Positions 47,416-55,866 of a DNA stretch of 64,000 nucleotides are shown here, in pieces. This stretch comes from Chloroflexota bacterium. Its GTDB lineage: Bacteria > Vulcanimicrobiota > JAMCWD01. Under the pieces are notes generated by a model that made no database searches, had not been told where the DNA came from, and saw nothing but the letters and a program-made list of their open reading frames with translations. The stretch is taken from NCBI GenBank assembly GCA_023475345.1, contig JAMCWD010000034.1, forward strand, positions 7,691 through 71,690, given 5' to 3'. Each line of letters opens with the position of its first letter. The stretch's first letter is position 1. The position numbers were made by a program, and so were the translations under genes.

Positions 47416-48141
47416 TTATTCCTTGATCTCCTCAAGTTTCGGCTCAAGGATCTTCAATGCTTCCCAGGCGGCTTTCCGTACCTTATTCGACTGTTCGTCC
47501 GATGAAACCGGCGTAAGAGTTTTAAGCTTCTCGATCGCAGATTCAATATTCTTTAGCTGCTCCGGCTCAAATACCGGGGGATAGATCCTCTTCCCTATCT
47601 TTCCCAGCGCTATTGCCGAAGCCTTGCGAACCCAGGGAGCCTCGTCATCGAGCGCGTTAACAAGCGCTTCGATTATCCCCGGGTCGCCTATCCTGCCCAG
47701 GGCATCTACGGCATCGCGTCTTATTCCGAAATATTTATCATTAAGGGCGTCCAGCAAAGGCCCGAGAGCACGGGTATCACGCAGCCTCCCCAATGCGTCT
47801 ATGGCAGTGCTTCGAAAGTTGTATTCGCCCCGGTCCATGGCATGTATCAGGATAGGCACGACCCGCGGATCGTTTAGCGCCGCCAGATTTTTCAGGGAAT
47901 CGTCCTCCCCTTCGAAAAGATCGAAGACCGCTCTTGCTATATCGCATTCCCCGAGCGGGTCGAGTGCTTCGGCGGCGGCCCTCCTGACTTCGGCGTTCTC
48001 GTCGCCCAGCGTAATTATCAGGGGATCAACCGTCGCCGGGTCGCATAATTCTCCCAGCTTTTCTGCGGCGGCCTTTCTTATTTTATAGTCGGGCGAGTCC
48101 AGGTGAAGGATCAATTTCTCAACGCTTATATCCATAATCAA
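47416..48141 (-). CDS. HEAT-repeat protein, paralog of the gene at 2345-3349
   Basis: IRKAAAEKLGELCDPATVDPLI..LGDE...VRRAAAEAL units. The C-terminal IEKLK....SDE....V.KAAWEALKILEPKLEEI is shared with the other HEAT protein. Confidence 0.8.
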   Translation of the reverse strand: MIMDISVEKLILHLDSPDYKIRKAAAEKLGELCDPATVDPLIITLGDENAEVRRAAAEALDPLGECDIARAVFDLFEGEDDSLKNLAALNDPRVVPILIHAMDRGEYNFRSTAIDALGRLRDTRALGPLLDALNDKYFGIRRDAVDALGRIGDPGIIEALVNALDDEAPWVRKASAIALGKIGKRIYPPVFEPEQLKNIESAIEKLKTLTPVSSDEQSNKVRKAAWEALKILEPKLEEIKE

Positions 48142-48214
48142 CCTCCTGCGAGATCTTCGATATCGATCTCTGATTTAATTTTACCCGGATTAATGAACCG
48201 CAAACATCGACAGA

Positions 48215-48961
48215 CTACCGGCCGAATTCTTTCATGAACCTCGATGCGGAAAAAGGACGGCCTATGATCCCGGCCAGATAAGATGAAAGTATTTCATCGA
48301 GATTTTCCATGTTCTCCCGTTCCATGGATTCGCCCGTCATAGAGCCGGAGCCGGCTTTTAAAAACCTGTTATAAAGCGATCTTGCGCCTGCCGTAAAATG
48401 CTCCATGTTTTTTTCCCGGATTGAGCACATATCGCAAACCGCACCGCCGAGCCTCGATGAAAAATTCTCCGATGTCTCCACGGAGCCTTCACAAACCACA
48501 CAATGCCCAAGCTCCGGCTGGTAGCCCGAAACCCAGATCAGCTTTATCTCACAACCCCTGCATACTATTTCAGGATCAACTCCCCGTTGAATTGCGGCAA
48601 GGCCTTTGCGGAGCAGGTTATACTGAGAGGCCGAGTTTTCCTGGAACGGCGTGAACGCTTCGAAAAGCTCGAGGAGATAAGCCGACGCGAACAGGCTCTT
48701 GAGATCGCGCCTTATGTGAGGAAAGAATTCGATCACCTGGACCTGTGTCAATATATCCAGGTTTTTGCCGCGTGCCACAAGGCCCCTGATCCTGGTGGAC
48801 GGCTCGAGTTTGCCCATGAAAGAGCTTTTGAGCCTGCGGGAACCTCTTGCGACGGCATGGATACGGCCGATATCGGGAGAAAGCAAAGTAATAATCTTAT
48901 CAAACTCGCCGAGAGGACGAGTACGAAGAATTATACCTTCCGCCTTGTAAAGGGCGGGCAT
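48215..48961 (-). CDS. recO: DNA repair protein RecO
   Basis: An N-terminal OB-fold pattern (AEGIILRTRPLGEFDKIITLLS...G...AVARG) and the zinc motif C..C......FS...GG..C..C. Confidence 0.8.
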   Translation of the reverse strand: MPALYKAEGIILRTRPLGEFDKIITLLSPDIGRIHAVARGSRRLKSSFMGKLEPSTRIRGLVARGKNLDILTQVQVIEFFPHIRRDLKSLFASAYLLELFEAFTPFQENSASQYNLLRKGLAAIQRGVDPEIVCRGCEIKLIWVSGYQPELGHCVVCEGSVETSENFSSRLGGAVCDMCSIREKNMEHFTAGARSLYNRFLKAGSGSMTGESMERENMENLDEILSSYLAGIIGRPFSASRFMKEFGR

Positions 48962-48962
48962 A

Positions 48963-50327
48963 TCAATAGGCGGAGGTTCCCGCCTCTCCTTTCACTATCG
49001 CAACGCTTGCGGATGCGCCTATCCTGGTTGCCCCGGCTTTAATCATCTGCTGTGCGGTTTCGAAATCCCGGATCCCGCCGGAGGCCTTGACTCCCATGTA
49101 TTTGCCGACGGTCTTTCTCATCAGGGCTATATCATGGACTGTAGCGCCGCCGCCGCCGAAACCCGTCGATGTCTTGACGAAATCCGCGCCGGCCTGCTTG
49201 GAAAGCTCACAACCTTTTATTTTTTCTTCGTCTGTTAAAAGTGAAGTCTCGAGTATGACCTTCAGGATCTTACCCCTGCACGCATCGCGGACAGCTTTTA
49301 TATCTTCCAGGGCCAGGTCGTAATTGCCGGCCTTGAGAGCGCCGACATTAATAACCATGTCTATTTCTTCAGCACCGTTGGCTATAGCGTCGCGGGTTTC
49401 CATCGCCTTCGCTACGGATGTAGTCGCGCCCAGCGGGAAGCCGATAACAGTGCAGACTTTGACCACGGTGCCTTTCAGCGCATCGGCGCAAAGCTTAACA
49501 TAGCCGGGATTGATACAGACCGAGGCGAATTTATATTTCCTTGCCTCCTCGCAGAGCTTCAATACCTGTTCCCTTGTAGCATCAGGCTTGAGGAGGGTGT
49601 GGTCGATAGTCCCGGCGATTTTCGCAGCGCTTTCGCCCCCGCCAAGTGTTGCGGAAAGCCTGTCTGCGCCTGCATCTATGACGGCGTCAACTTTCTCCGT
49701 CGCAAGGTAAGTACAATGGCCGCATCCCAGGCATTCGCCCCCGCTTGCCAGGCTGCAGACCCCGCCTTCGGAAGCTGCGGCAGGCTTGCCGTATTTTGGC
49801 TCTGCGACAAGATCCTTAAACAATATGCAGAGAGCCGAAAGCTCCTTTACAAGGGCCTCTTCCTTTTTCTTGAGCGCGCCGGATTTGACGTTGTAGCATT
49901 TAACGGCCATCACGGAGAACCCGCGGTCAAGCGCCTCGATAAGATAGGCCATAATCCTGGCGTCCCCCAGGAGGTTGGCCAGCCTCGACAGGCCGCCGAT
50001 GCACATCACGGGATAATAGATCTCCGTTCCGGGAGCAAGCACGCTCAGCCCGCCTGCAAGGTTGGGGTGTACGGCTTCAAATCCCGGAGGCAGCGAAACG
50101 TCTGCGATGGTGATCACTTTGCCGGTACAACCCTGTGACGAAAGCCAGTCGAAAACCGAAGCGGCGGTTCCCGGCGATTCATCCAGGAGAACGATCACAT
50201 TTTTCAGTTTGCCGGGTGCAGGCGATGAGCCTGTTCCTGCCGCCGATGCCTGGGCCGGGAGGCTCTTCGAATTCATGCCTTCGATAACTTCCCGGGTTAC
50301 TTTTTCGATAAGTTCTTGTAATTCCAC
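48963..50327 (-). CDS. deoC: Deoxyribose-phosphate aldolase fused to an N-terminal encapsulation-peptide-like helix, a PduM-like domain and a four-Cys motif
   Basis: C-terminal 220 aa: [18 protein letters not shown], and KVILETS...[10 protein letters not shown] (Schiff-base Lys region), which is DeoC. N-terminus: [18 protein letters not shown]. Residues 40-175 parallel the protein at 52603-53352. C191-X7-C-X2-C-X2-C205. GTG start after an AGAGGTGG RBS. Confidence 0.85.
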   Translation of the reverse strand: MELQELIEKVTREVIEGMNSKSLPAQASAAGTGSSPAPGKLKNVIVLLDESPGTAASVFDWLSSQGCTGKVITIADVSLPPGFEAVHPNLAGGLSVLAPGTEIYYPVMCIGGLSRLANLLGDARIMAYLIEALDRGFSVMAVKCYNVKSGALKKKEEALVKELSALCILFKDLVAEPKYGKPAAASEGGVCSLASGGECLGCGHCTYLATEKVDAVIDAGADRLSATLGGGESAAKIAGTIDHTLLKPDATREQVLKLCEEARKYKFASVCINPGYVKLCADALKGTVVKVCTVIGFPLGATTSVAKAMETRDAIANGAEEIDMVINVGALKAGNYDLALEDIKAVRDACRGKILKVILETSLLTDEEKIKGCELSKQAGADFVKTSTGFGGGGATVHDIALMRKTVGKYMGVKASGGIRDFETAQQMIKAGATRIGASASVAIVKGEAGTSAY

Positions 50328-50353
50328 AGGGATCCACCTCTTATTCAGGTACT

Positions 50354-50806
50354 TTATTTTTTGAGATATTTTTCCTCAATCTGGATAATTTTATTGACGC
50401 GCCGGGAGTGCCTCCCCCCGGCGAAGCTGGTTCCAAGCCATTTCTTGGCTATTTCTTTTGCCAGCCCCGGCCCGGTTATCATGCTCCCCAGGGTCAAAAC
50501 ATTCGCATCGTTATGTTCCCGGCTGTTGCCCGCGGCATAGGTATCGTAACATGCCGCGGCCCGTATCCCCGGGACCTTGTTTGCCGCCATCGCAGACCCC
50601 ATGCCTGCGCCGTCGATTACTATCCCGACAAAATCGCCGTCTTCGCTGACCTTCTGGGCGACAAGGAGGGCTATATCGGGATAATCTACGGCATCTTTCG
50701 AATAAGTGCCATAATCGAGCACGTTGTGCCCTTCGCCTTCAAGGAAGGCTTTTAATATTTCCTTGAGATCAAATCCGCCGTGATCGCTTCCGATTACGAT
50801 ATTCAT
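50354..50806 (-). CDS. rpiB: Ribose-5-phosphate isomerase B / sugar-phosphate isomerase (RpiB/LacAB family)
   Basis: [45 protein letters not shown]. The start is the ATG at 50804-50806 after a GGGAGA RBS. Confidence 0.88.
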   Translation of the reverse strand: MNIVIGSDHGGFDLKEILKAFLEGEGHNVLDYGTYSKDAVDYPDIALLVAQKVSEDGDFVGIVIDGAGMGSAMAANKVPGIRAAACYDTYAAGNSREHNDANVLTLGSMITGPGLAKEIAKKWLGTSFAGGRHSRRVNKIIQIEEKYLKK

Positions 50807-50821
50807 AATCAATCTCCCGGT

Positions 50822-51121
50822 TTAACTGTCATACCTGCTGTATGGTTCCCCGTTTTTAGGAAACAATTTTTCGATATCGGGATGAGGCCTGGGTATAATA
50901 TGAGCGGCTATCAATTCACCGATAACCCGTGCCCTTTCAGCGCCCGCTTCGACTGCGGCGCTCACCGCGCCTACATCTCCCCTGACGAAAATAGTAACGT
51001 AAGCCGCGCCTATTTTTTCTTCACCTATACAAACAACCTGTGCCGTCTTGACCATGGCATCGGCCGCTTCTATTGCGGCACTCTGTCCGAGAGTTTCAAT
51101 CATTCCGAGGGCTTCTTCCAC
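50822..51121 (-). CDS. BMC-H shell protein (Pfam00936-type hexamer subunit)
   Basis: [25 protein letters not shown]......[25 protein letters not shown]...A.....[10 protein letters not shown]. Confidence 0.9.
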   Translation of the reverse strand: MEEALGMIETLGQSAAIEAADAMVKTAQVVCIGEEKIGAAYVTIFVRGDVGAVSAAVEAGAERARVIGELIAAHIIPRPHPDIEKLFPKNGEPYSRYDS

Positions 51122-51153
51122 GATCCCGCCTCCTTCGATCTTTATTTATTTGC

Positions 51154-52575
51154 CTATATTATCCTGAAATAATCTACAAGAACACAACGCCTGCTCCTTG
51201 TAAAGGAGCGCGCGGACGTAAGACCTTCGCCCGTCGGGCTTGCGATTGTAAGTGTGGTATAACCTTCTCCGCCATAGCCCAGACCCGCGACTGAAGGCCC
51301 GTTCTTCACGAATATCGACGTCTTAATCCGTTGGGCCATGCGGCTGAGACTTTCTACATTCTTCGAATGCATCATCGCCGAATGATAATTGCCGTGCTCC
51401 ACCCTGACCGCCATATCGATGGCTTCGTTGACATCCCTGACCCGCACCATCGGCAGAACCGGCATAAGCTGCTCCAGTTGGACAAGCGGGTGATCCTCGC
51501 TCACCTCGCAGAAGAGAAGGCGGATATCCGAGGGAAGATCCAGCCCTATAGCTTTTGCAAGCACCTGTGCCGTGCGCCCGATATAATCCTTGTTCATCGA
51601 AGCTGAACAGCCCGGGCCGCCTGGCTTTACCACTACCCTGACAAGCTCTTCCACCTGGTGTGAGGTCAACTCGTAAGCGCCGGATATCTTCATAAATCTT
51701 CTCAGTTCGTTTATGACGCTTTCCACCACTATAAGAATTTTCTCGGCGGTACAGAGGACGTTGTTATCGAATGACGCTCCGAAAATAATATCCGAGGCGG
51801 CTTTTTTAATATCGGCGGTCTCGTCCACCACCACCGGGGGATTGCCCGGCCCTGCGGCGATGACTTTCTTGCCCGATCTCATGGCAAGATGAACGACCTC
51901 TTCGCCGCCGGTAACGACAAGGATCCTTATGCCGGGGTGTTTCATGATATACTGGCCGCTCTGGAGCGTCGGCTTTGCAAGGCTTGTAAGCAGGTTCGGG
52001 GGGCCTCCCGCCTTCATAATACCTTCATTGATAATTTCAACAGCCCTGTTGGATACCTGTGCGGCCGTGGGATGAGGATGGAAGACGACGGCATTGCCTG
52101 CGGATACCATGCCTATGGAGTTGTTAATAACGGTGGCCGCAGGGTTTGTCGAAGGAGTGATTGAGCCGATGACGCCGTAAGGGGCCATCTCGACGAGAGT
52201 CAGGCCGCGGTCGCCTGTAAAGACCACAGAATCAAGGTCTTCAACGCCGGGGGTTTTCTGGGCCGCCAGGATATTTTTCTGGAGCTTATCGGAGGCTCTC
52301 CCCATGCCGGTTTCTGCGACTCCCAGGTCGGCAAGCTCCTGTGCATGAGAAAGCGCCGCTTCCCTCATGGCCTGAACCAGTTCTTTCCGCTTCTCAAGCG
52401 AAAGCGCGCTTAAAGTTTCATGCGCCGCTTTTGCCGCATCTACCGCGGAATCAAGGTCCTGGTAAATGCCGAGCTTCGGCGACTGCAACTCCAGCGTTTC
52501 CAGAGCGGAGCTTCTCACGAACTTCTTCACCACTTCTTCAACTATACTTGCAACTCTGGTCCTGTCAATTTCCAT
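51154..52575 (-). CDS. CoA-acylating aldehyde dehydrogenase (PduP/EutE-like) with an N-terminal encapsulation-peptide-like helix
   Basis: ALDH-family body with the catalytic region FDNNVLCTAEK. N-terminus: MEIDRTRVASIVEEVVKKFV. Confidence 0.85.
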   Translation of the reverse strand: MEIDRTRVASIVEEVVKKFVRSSALETLELQSPKLGIYQDLDSAVDAAKAAHETLSALSLEKRKELVQAMREAALSHAQELADLGVAETGMGRASDKLQKNILAAQKTPGVEDLDSVVFTGDRGLTLVEMAPYGVIGSITPSTNPAATVINNSIGMVSAGNAVVFHPHPTAAQVSNRAVEIINEGIMKAGGPPNLLTSLAKPTLQSGQYIMKHPGIRILVVTGGEEVVHLAMRSGKKVIAAGPGNPPVVVDETADIKKAASDIIFGASFDNNVLCTAEKILIVVESVINELRRFMKISGAYELTSHQVEELVRVVVKPGGPGCSASMNKDYIGRTAQVLAKAIGLDLPSDIRLLFCEVSEDHPLVQLEQLMPVLPMVRVRDVNEAIDMAVRVEHGNYHSAMMHSKNVESLSRMAQRIKTSIFVKNGPSVAGLGYGGEGYTTLTIASPTGEGLTSARSFTRSRRCVLVDYFRII

Positions 52576-52602
52576 CTAATACCCCTTTCCGGGTAATCCC
52601 CA

Positions 52603-53352
52603 TCAATAAAAAATCAATGCTATCCCGTTTTCGTCACACAGGTCGCGGGCAAGAGGAGTAATTATGCTCCCCATCGGCATCCTGATATCTTTGCCGCCCG
52701 CATCCATTAATTTCAGGACATCCTCCCGCGTCAATACACTTCTTCCGGCGGAAGCGTTTACGGCTCCCGCACCGCCTTTCAACTGTTCCGAAAGCGAGTT
52801 TACTTCCAGCGGGATAACCTTGAACGAAGCAAGCGTCCTGAGGTGTCCGGCCACCGTTTCCAGGAAACCCCTGGGAAGGTAAGCCGAAAGCCTGTTCATA
52901 TCGCTCAGTTCCGCAAGATCTACCAGGAGCGGCTTCTGTTTCCTGAGTCCCATTAAAAGCGCATCGCTTACCCGGTCGCCCCCGGTGAGAGTCGCAGCCC
53001 TTGCCAGGCACTCCAGTGTGAAAAACGGGAAAAGCAAAAAATCACCGCTTTCCACGAGGGGGGCAAGAGGCGTTTCCGGATCATGGGCTCGGAATGGAAC
53101 TCCCGGCAGAAACCTTGCCAGATCCTGCTTCTGGGCGGGATGAGATACCAGGAAATTATGTTGTATCCCATCAAGTGTGCCCAGGCTTTTCCAGAAAGGA
53201 GCCTCCTCCTGCATTTCGTGCGGGAGGAGGATTACCGTGCTTTTCTGCTTTTTGGAAGGATCCGGGGGTTCTCCGGCCGGGGTGCTATCCAGGGCGGACA
53301 GACGTTCCATCACTTCCCTGGTGATCACCTCCACCAGAGGCTCCAAATTCAT
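52603..53352 (-). CDS. PduM-like microcompartment-associated protein
   Basis: N-terminus MNLEPLVEVITREVMERL. The C-terminal VLTREDVLKLMDAGGKDIRMPMGSIITPLARDLCDENGI resembles the PduM C-terminus (...V..A.ARD.A....I) as I recall it. Confidence 0.5.
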   Translation of the reverse strand: MNLEPLVEVITREVMERLSALDSTPAGEPPDPSKKQKSTVILLPHEMQEEAPFWKSLGTLDGIQHNFLVSHPAQKQDLARFLPGVPFRAHDPETPLAPLVESGDFLLFPFFTLECLARAATLTGGDRVSDALLMGLRKQKPLLVDLAELSDMNRLSAYLPRGFLETVAGHLRTLASFKVIPLEVNSLSEQLKGGAGAVNASAGRSVLTREDVLKLMDAGGKDIRMPMGSIITPLARDLCDENGIALIFY

Positions 53353-53377
53353 AATATCGCCTTCCAGACTTTAAACG

Positions 53378-53677
53378 TTACTTCTTTTCCTTGGGCGCAG
53401 CGATGGGAAGAACCTCGTCAAGGTCTCTGTGAGGTCTCGGTATAACGTGGACCGCTACAAGTTCTCCCACTTTGCGGGCCGCAGCAGCGCCTGCGTCGGT
53501 GGCGGCGCGGACAGCGGCTACATCGCCGCGGACCAGTGATGTTACATAACCCGCGCCGATTTTCTCGTAACCGATCATTTTTACGTTGGCAGCCTTGACC
53601 ATAGCATCCGATGCTTCGATCATAGCCACCAGGCCCTTGGTTTCTATCATGCCCAGGGCTTCATAGGTACTTATCAT
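53378..53677 (-). CDS. BMC-H shell protein (PduA/EutM-like)
   Basis: [56 protein letters not shown]...[16 protein letters not shown]. Confidence 0.92.
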   Translation of the reverse strand: MISTYEALGMIETKGLVAMIEASDAMVKAANVKMIGYEKIGAGYVTSLVRGDVAAVRAATDAGAAAARKVGELVAVHVIPRPHRDLDEVLPIAAPKEKK

Positions 53678-53746
53678 TCCTTTTCTCCTCCTGTATTAAT
53701 TCCTGGTATTATTCGCATGACTCAAAAGTTTTCCTTCCCCGGCTCA

Positions 53747-54415
53747 TTATATTATCAATTCGCCCGTCATGCCGGGTTTGAGAGCGCATGCGTTGGCCTC
53801 GTCAAAATCAATGTGCATCTCAAGCCTGAAACCCTCGTGTACCCTTACAAGCACTTCCTCGAATATTACTCCTCTATCCCCGCCGATTCTTACTTTAACC
53901 ACCTGGCGATCCTTTACGCCGAATTTCTCCGCATCGCCGGGCGTCATGTGAACATGCCTCCTGGCAATAACCAGCCCGTCCGGCAGAATTACCGTCCCAC
54001 CGGGACCTACAATTGTAATACCGGCGGTTCCTTCAAGATCGCCGGATTCACGCACCGGCGGCACATCAATCCCCAGGGCATGGCAATCGGTAACGGATAC
54101 TTCCACCTGGCTCTTTTTGCGGACAGGCCCCAGGACACGGACATCATTCAAAGCGCCGCCTTTCCCTGCGACAGTTACCGTCTCTACACAGGCAAACTGC
54201 CCGGGCTGGCTCAAATCTTTCATCGGGGTCAGGTTATATCCTGCCCCGAATAAGGCTTCCAGGTCGGCCCGGCTCAGATGAATATGGCAGTTGGATGCCG
54301 CGATCGGTATCCCGCCTTTCGAGCTTTCACAGTGCGTCATGCCGCCCTGTGTCTCGCGGCCAAGCCGGGACAGCACTTCCCTTACAATTTCTTTAACTAT
54401 TTCCGTATTTTCCAT
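53747..54415 (-). CDS. pduL: PduL-type phosphate acyltransferase with an N-terminal encapsulation-peptide-like helix
   Basis: Two PduL repeats (IPIAASNCHIHLSRADLEALFG... and RRHVHMTPGDAEKFG...). N-terminus: MENTEIVKEIVREVLSRL. Confidence 0.85.
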   Translation of the reverse strand: MENTEIVKEIVREVLSRLGRETQGGMTHCESSKGGIPIAASNCHIHLSRADLEALFGAGYNLTPMKDLSQPGQFACVETVTVAGKGGALNDVRVLGPVRKKSQVEVSVTDCHALGIDVPPVRESGDLEGTAGITIVGPGGTVILPDGLVIARRHVHMTPGDAEKFGVKDRQVVKVRIGGDRGVIFEEVLVRVHEGFRLEMHIDFDEANACALKPGMTGELII

Positions 54416-54552
54416 CGACGACTCCGGGAAATAATAACCAGCTTTTCGACGGTTTGCCCGTCATTCCTTTTGGGTAAAAAACCCGGCTTTCCGGTATGTT
54501 ACAGGATGCCCGTTTTACGATTGATTCAATACCCGGTATCCAACCTGTAAAA

Positions 54553-55866
54553 TCAGCTTTTCTTAGGCCCGACAAGCCATTTCGGCGCCAGACCAACACT
54601 CATGCGGCTTATGCCCCTCATGATCAGGTACGTATCGACTTCGATGAATATCTTTCCGCCCCGGACAGGGAATTTTGTTTTTTTCCTGCCCGATATTTCC
54701 CCTACAAGCTCGATCCCTTCAGGCAAAGTCCCGTCCAACGCCAGTACCACTTTCTCCGGATTTTCCCCGAAGTTTATAAGCACCAGGAGCCACTCTTCCT
54801 CCGTCCTCCTGATAAAGCCGTAGATATTGGGATTATCGACAGGGAGTACCTGGCTCTCGCCATACATCAATAAAGGAGATGAGCGTTTTTCAAGAAAATG
54901 CCGGTACAACGCTTCAACTTCACTGCTGCCTTTATCCCATTCGAGGGTAACGGGGTCGAAGAGAGAGGGAGTTTCTTCAAGCCCGGATTCCTGGCCGTTA
55001 TATACGAGAACAGCGCCTCTCATCATGGTGTACATGGCGACGAGTTTTTCAAGCGTCCTCATATCGCCTGCAAGGGCGGCGGCCCTTACCCTGTCATGAT
55101 TTTCTATAAACCTCATTTTTGCCGAAGACTTGGGGAAGCCGTTCATTTGATCGTGCATCTCGGCAACGAGTGCAAAAGCATTTTTCTTGCCTTTCAGGAT
55201 ATCGCGTAATATCTTGTAAACCACACCGTCGTAAGTGAGATGAAACGCAGGATGAAGGAACGCTTCGTCTCCTTCGGCAAGCCATAAAAGGCCCATCTTC
55301 AGCTTGTTGACCCTGGGTATGGCTTCCTCCCAGAAATCGATGGGCAAAAGCCCTGCCACATCACAACGGTAACCGTCGATATTGAATTCTCTCACCCAGT
55401 ATTCGAGCATATTGCTCATGTATTCGCGGGTGCCGGGGTTGCCGTAATCGAGATCGTAAACATCTGTCCATTCAGGGTTAACCGTCATGAATTTGCCTTT
55501 TTTGTCGCGCTTGAAATATTCGGGATATTCTTTAAGAAGGACGCTGTCGCAGGAAGTGTGGTTACAGACGGCGTCCATGATAATTTTCATGCCCCGCCTG
55601 TGGACCGCCTGGACAAGGCTCTTGAAATCATCGGGAGTCCCCAGGGCCGGGTCTATGGCGAAATAATCTTTTATGGAATAAGGAGAACCGAGCGAGCCTT
55701 TCCTTTTAACTTCGCCTGTGGGGTGTATCGGCATGAGCCAGATAGTATTTACGCCTAAAGACTGGACCCTTTCCAATCCCACTTCCACTTCTGCGAAAGA
55801 GCCTTCCGGGCCGTAAGCCCTTACAAATACTTCATAAATTACTGCTTCAAGCCCCGGGTTGGGCAT
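54553..55866 (-). CDS. GH13 alpha-amylase-family glycoside hydrolase
   Basis: VIYEVFVR.Y, GVNTIWLMPIHP, DAVCNHTS, GYRCDVAG, WLAEG, FIENHD (GH13 conserved regions I-IV). Confidence 0.8.
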   Translation of the reverse strand: MPNPGLEAVIYEVFVRAYGPEGSFAEVEVGLERVQSLGVNTIWLMPIHPTGEVKRKGSLGSPYSIKDYFAIDPALGTPDDFKSLVQAVHRRGMKIIMDAVCNHTSCDSVLLKEYPEYFKRDKKGKFMTVNPEWTDVYDLDYGNPGTREYMSNMLEYWVREFNIDGYRCDVAGLLPIDFWEEAIPRVNKLKMGLLWLAEGDEAFLHPAFHLTYDGVVYKILRDILKGKKNAFALVAEMHDQMNGFPKSSAKMRFIENHDRVRAAALAGDMRTLEKLVAMYTMMRGAVLVYNGQESGLEETPSLFDPVTLEWDKGSSEVEALYRHFLEKRSSPLLMYGESQVLPVDNPNIYGFIRRTEEEWLLVLINFGENPEKVVLALDGTLPEGIELVGEISGRKKTKFPVRGGKIFIEVDTYLIMRGISRMSVGLAPKWLVGPKKS

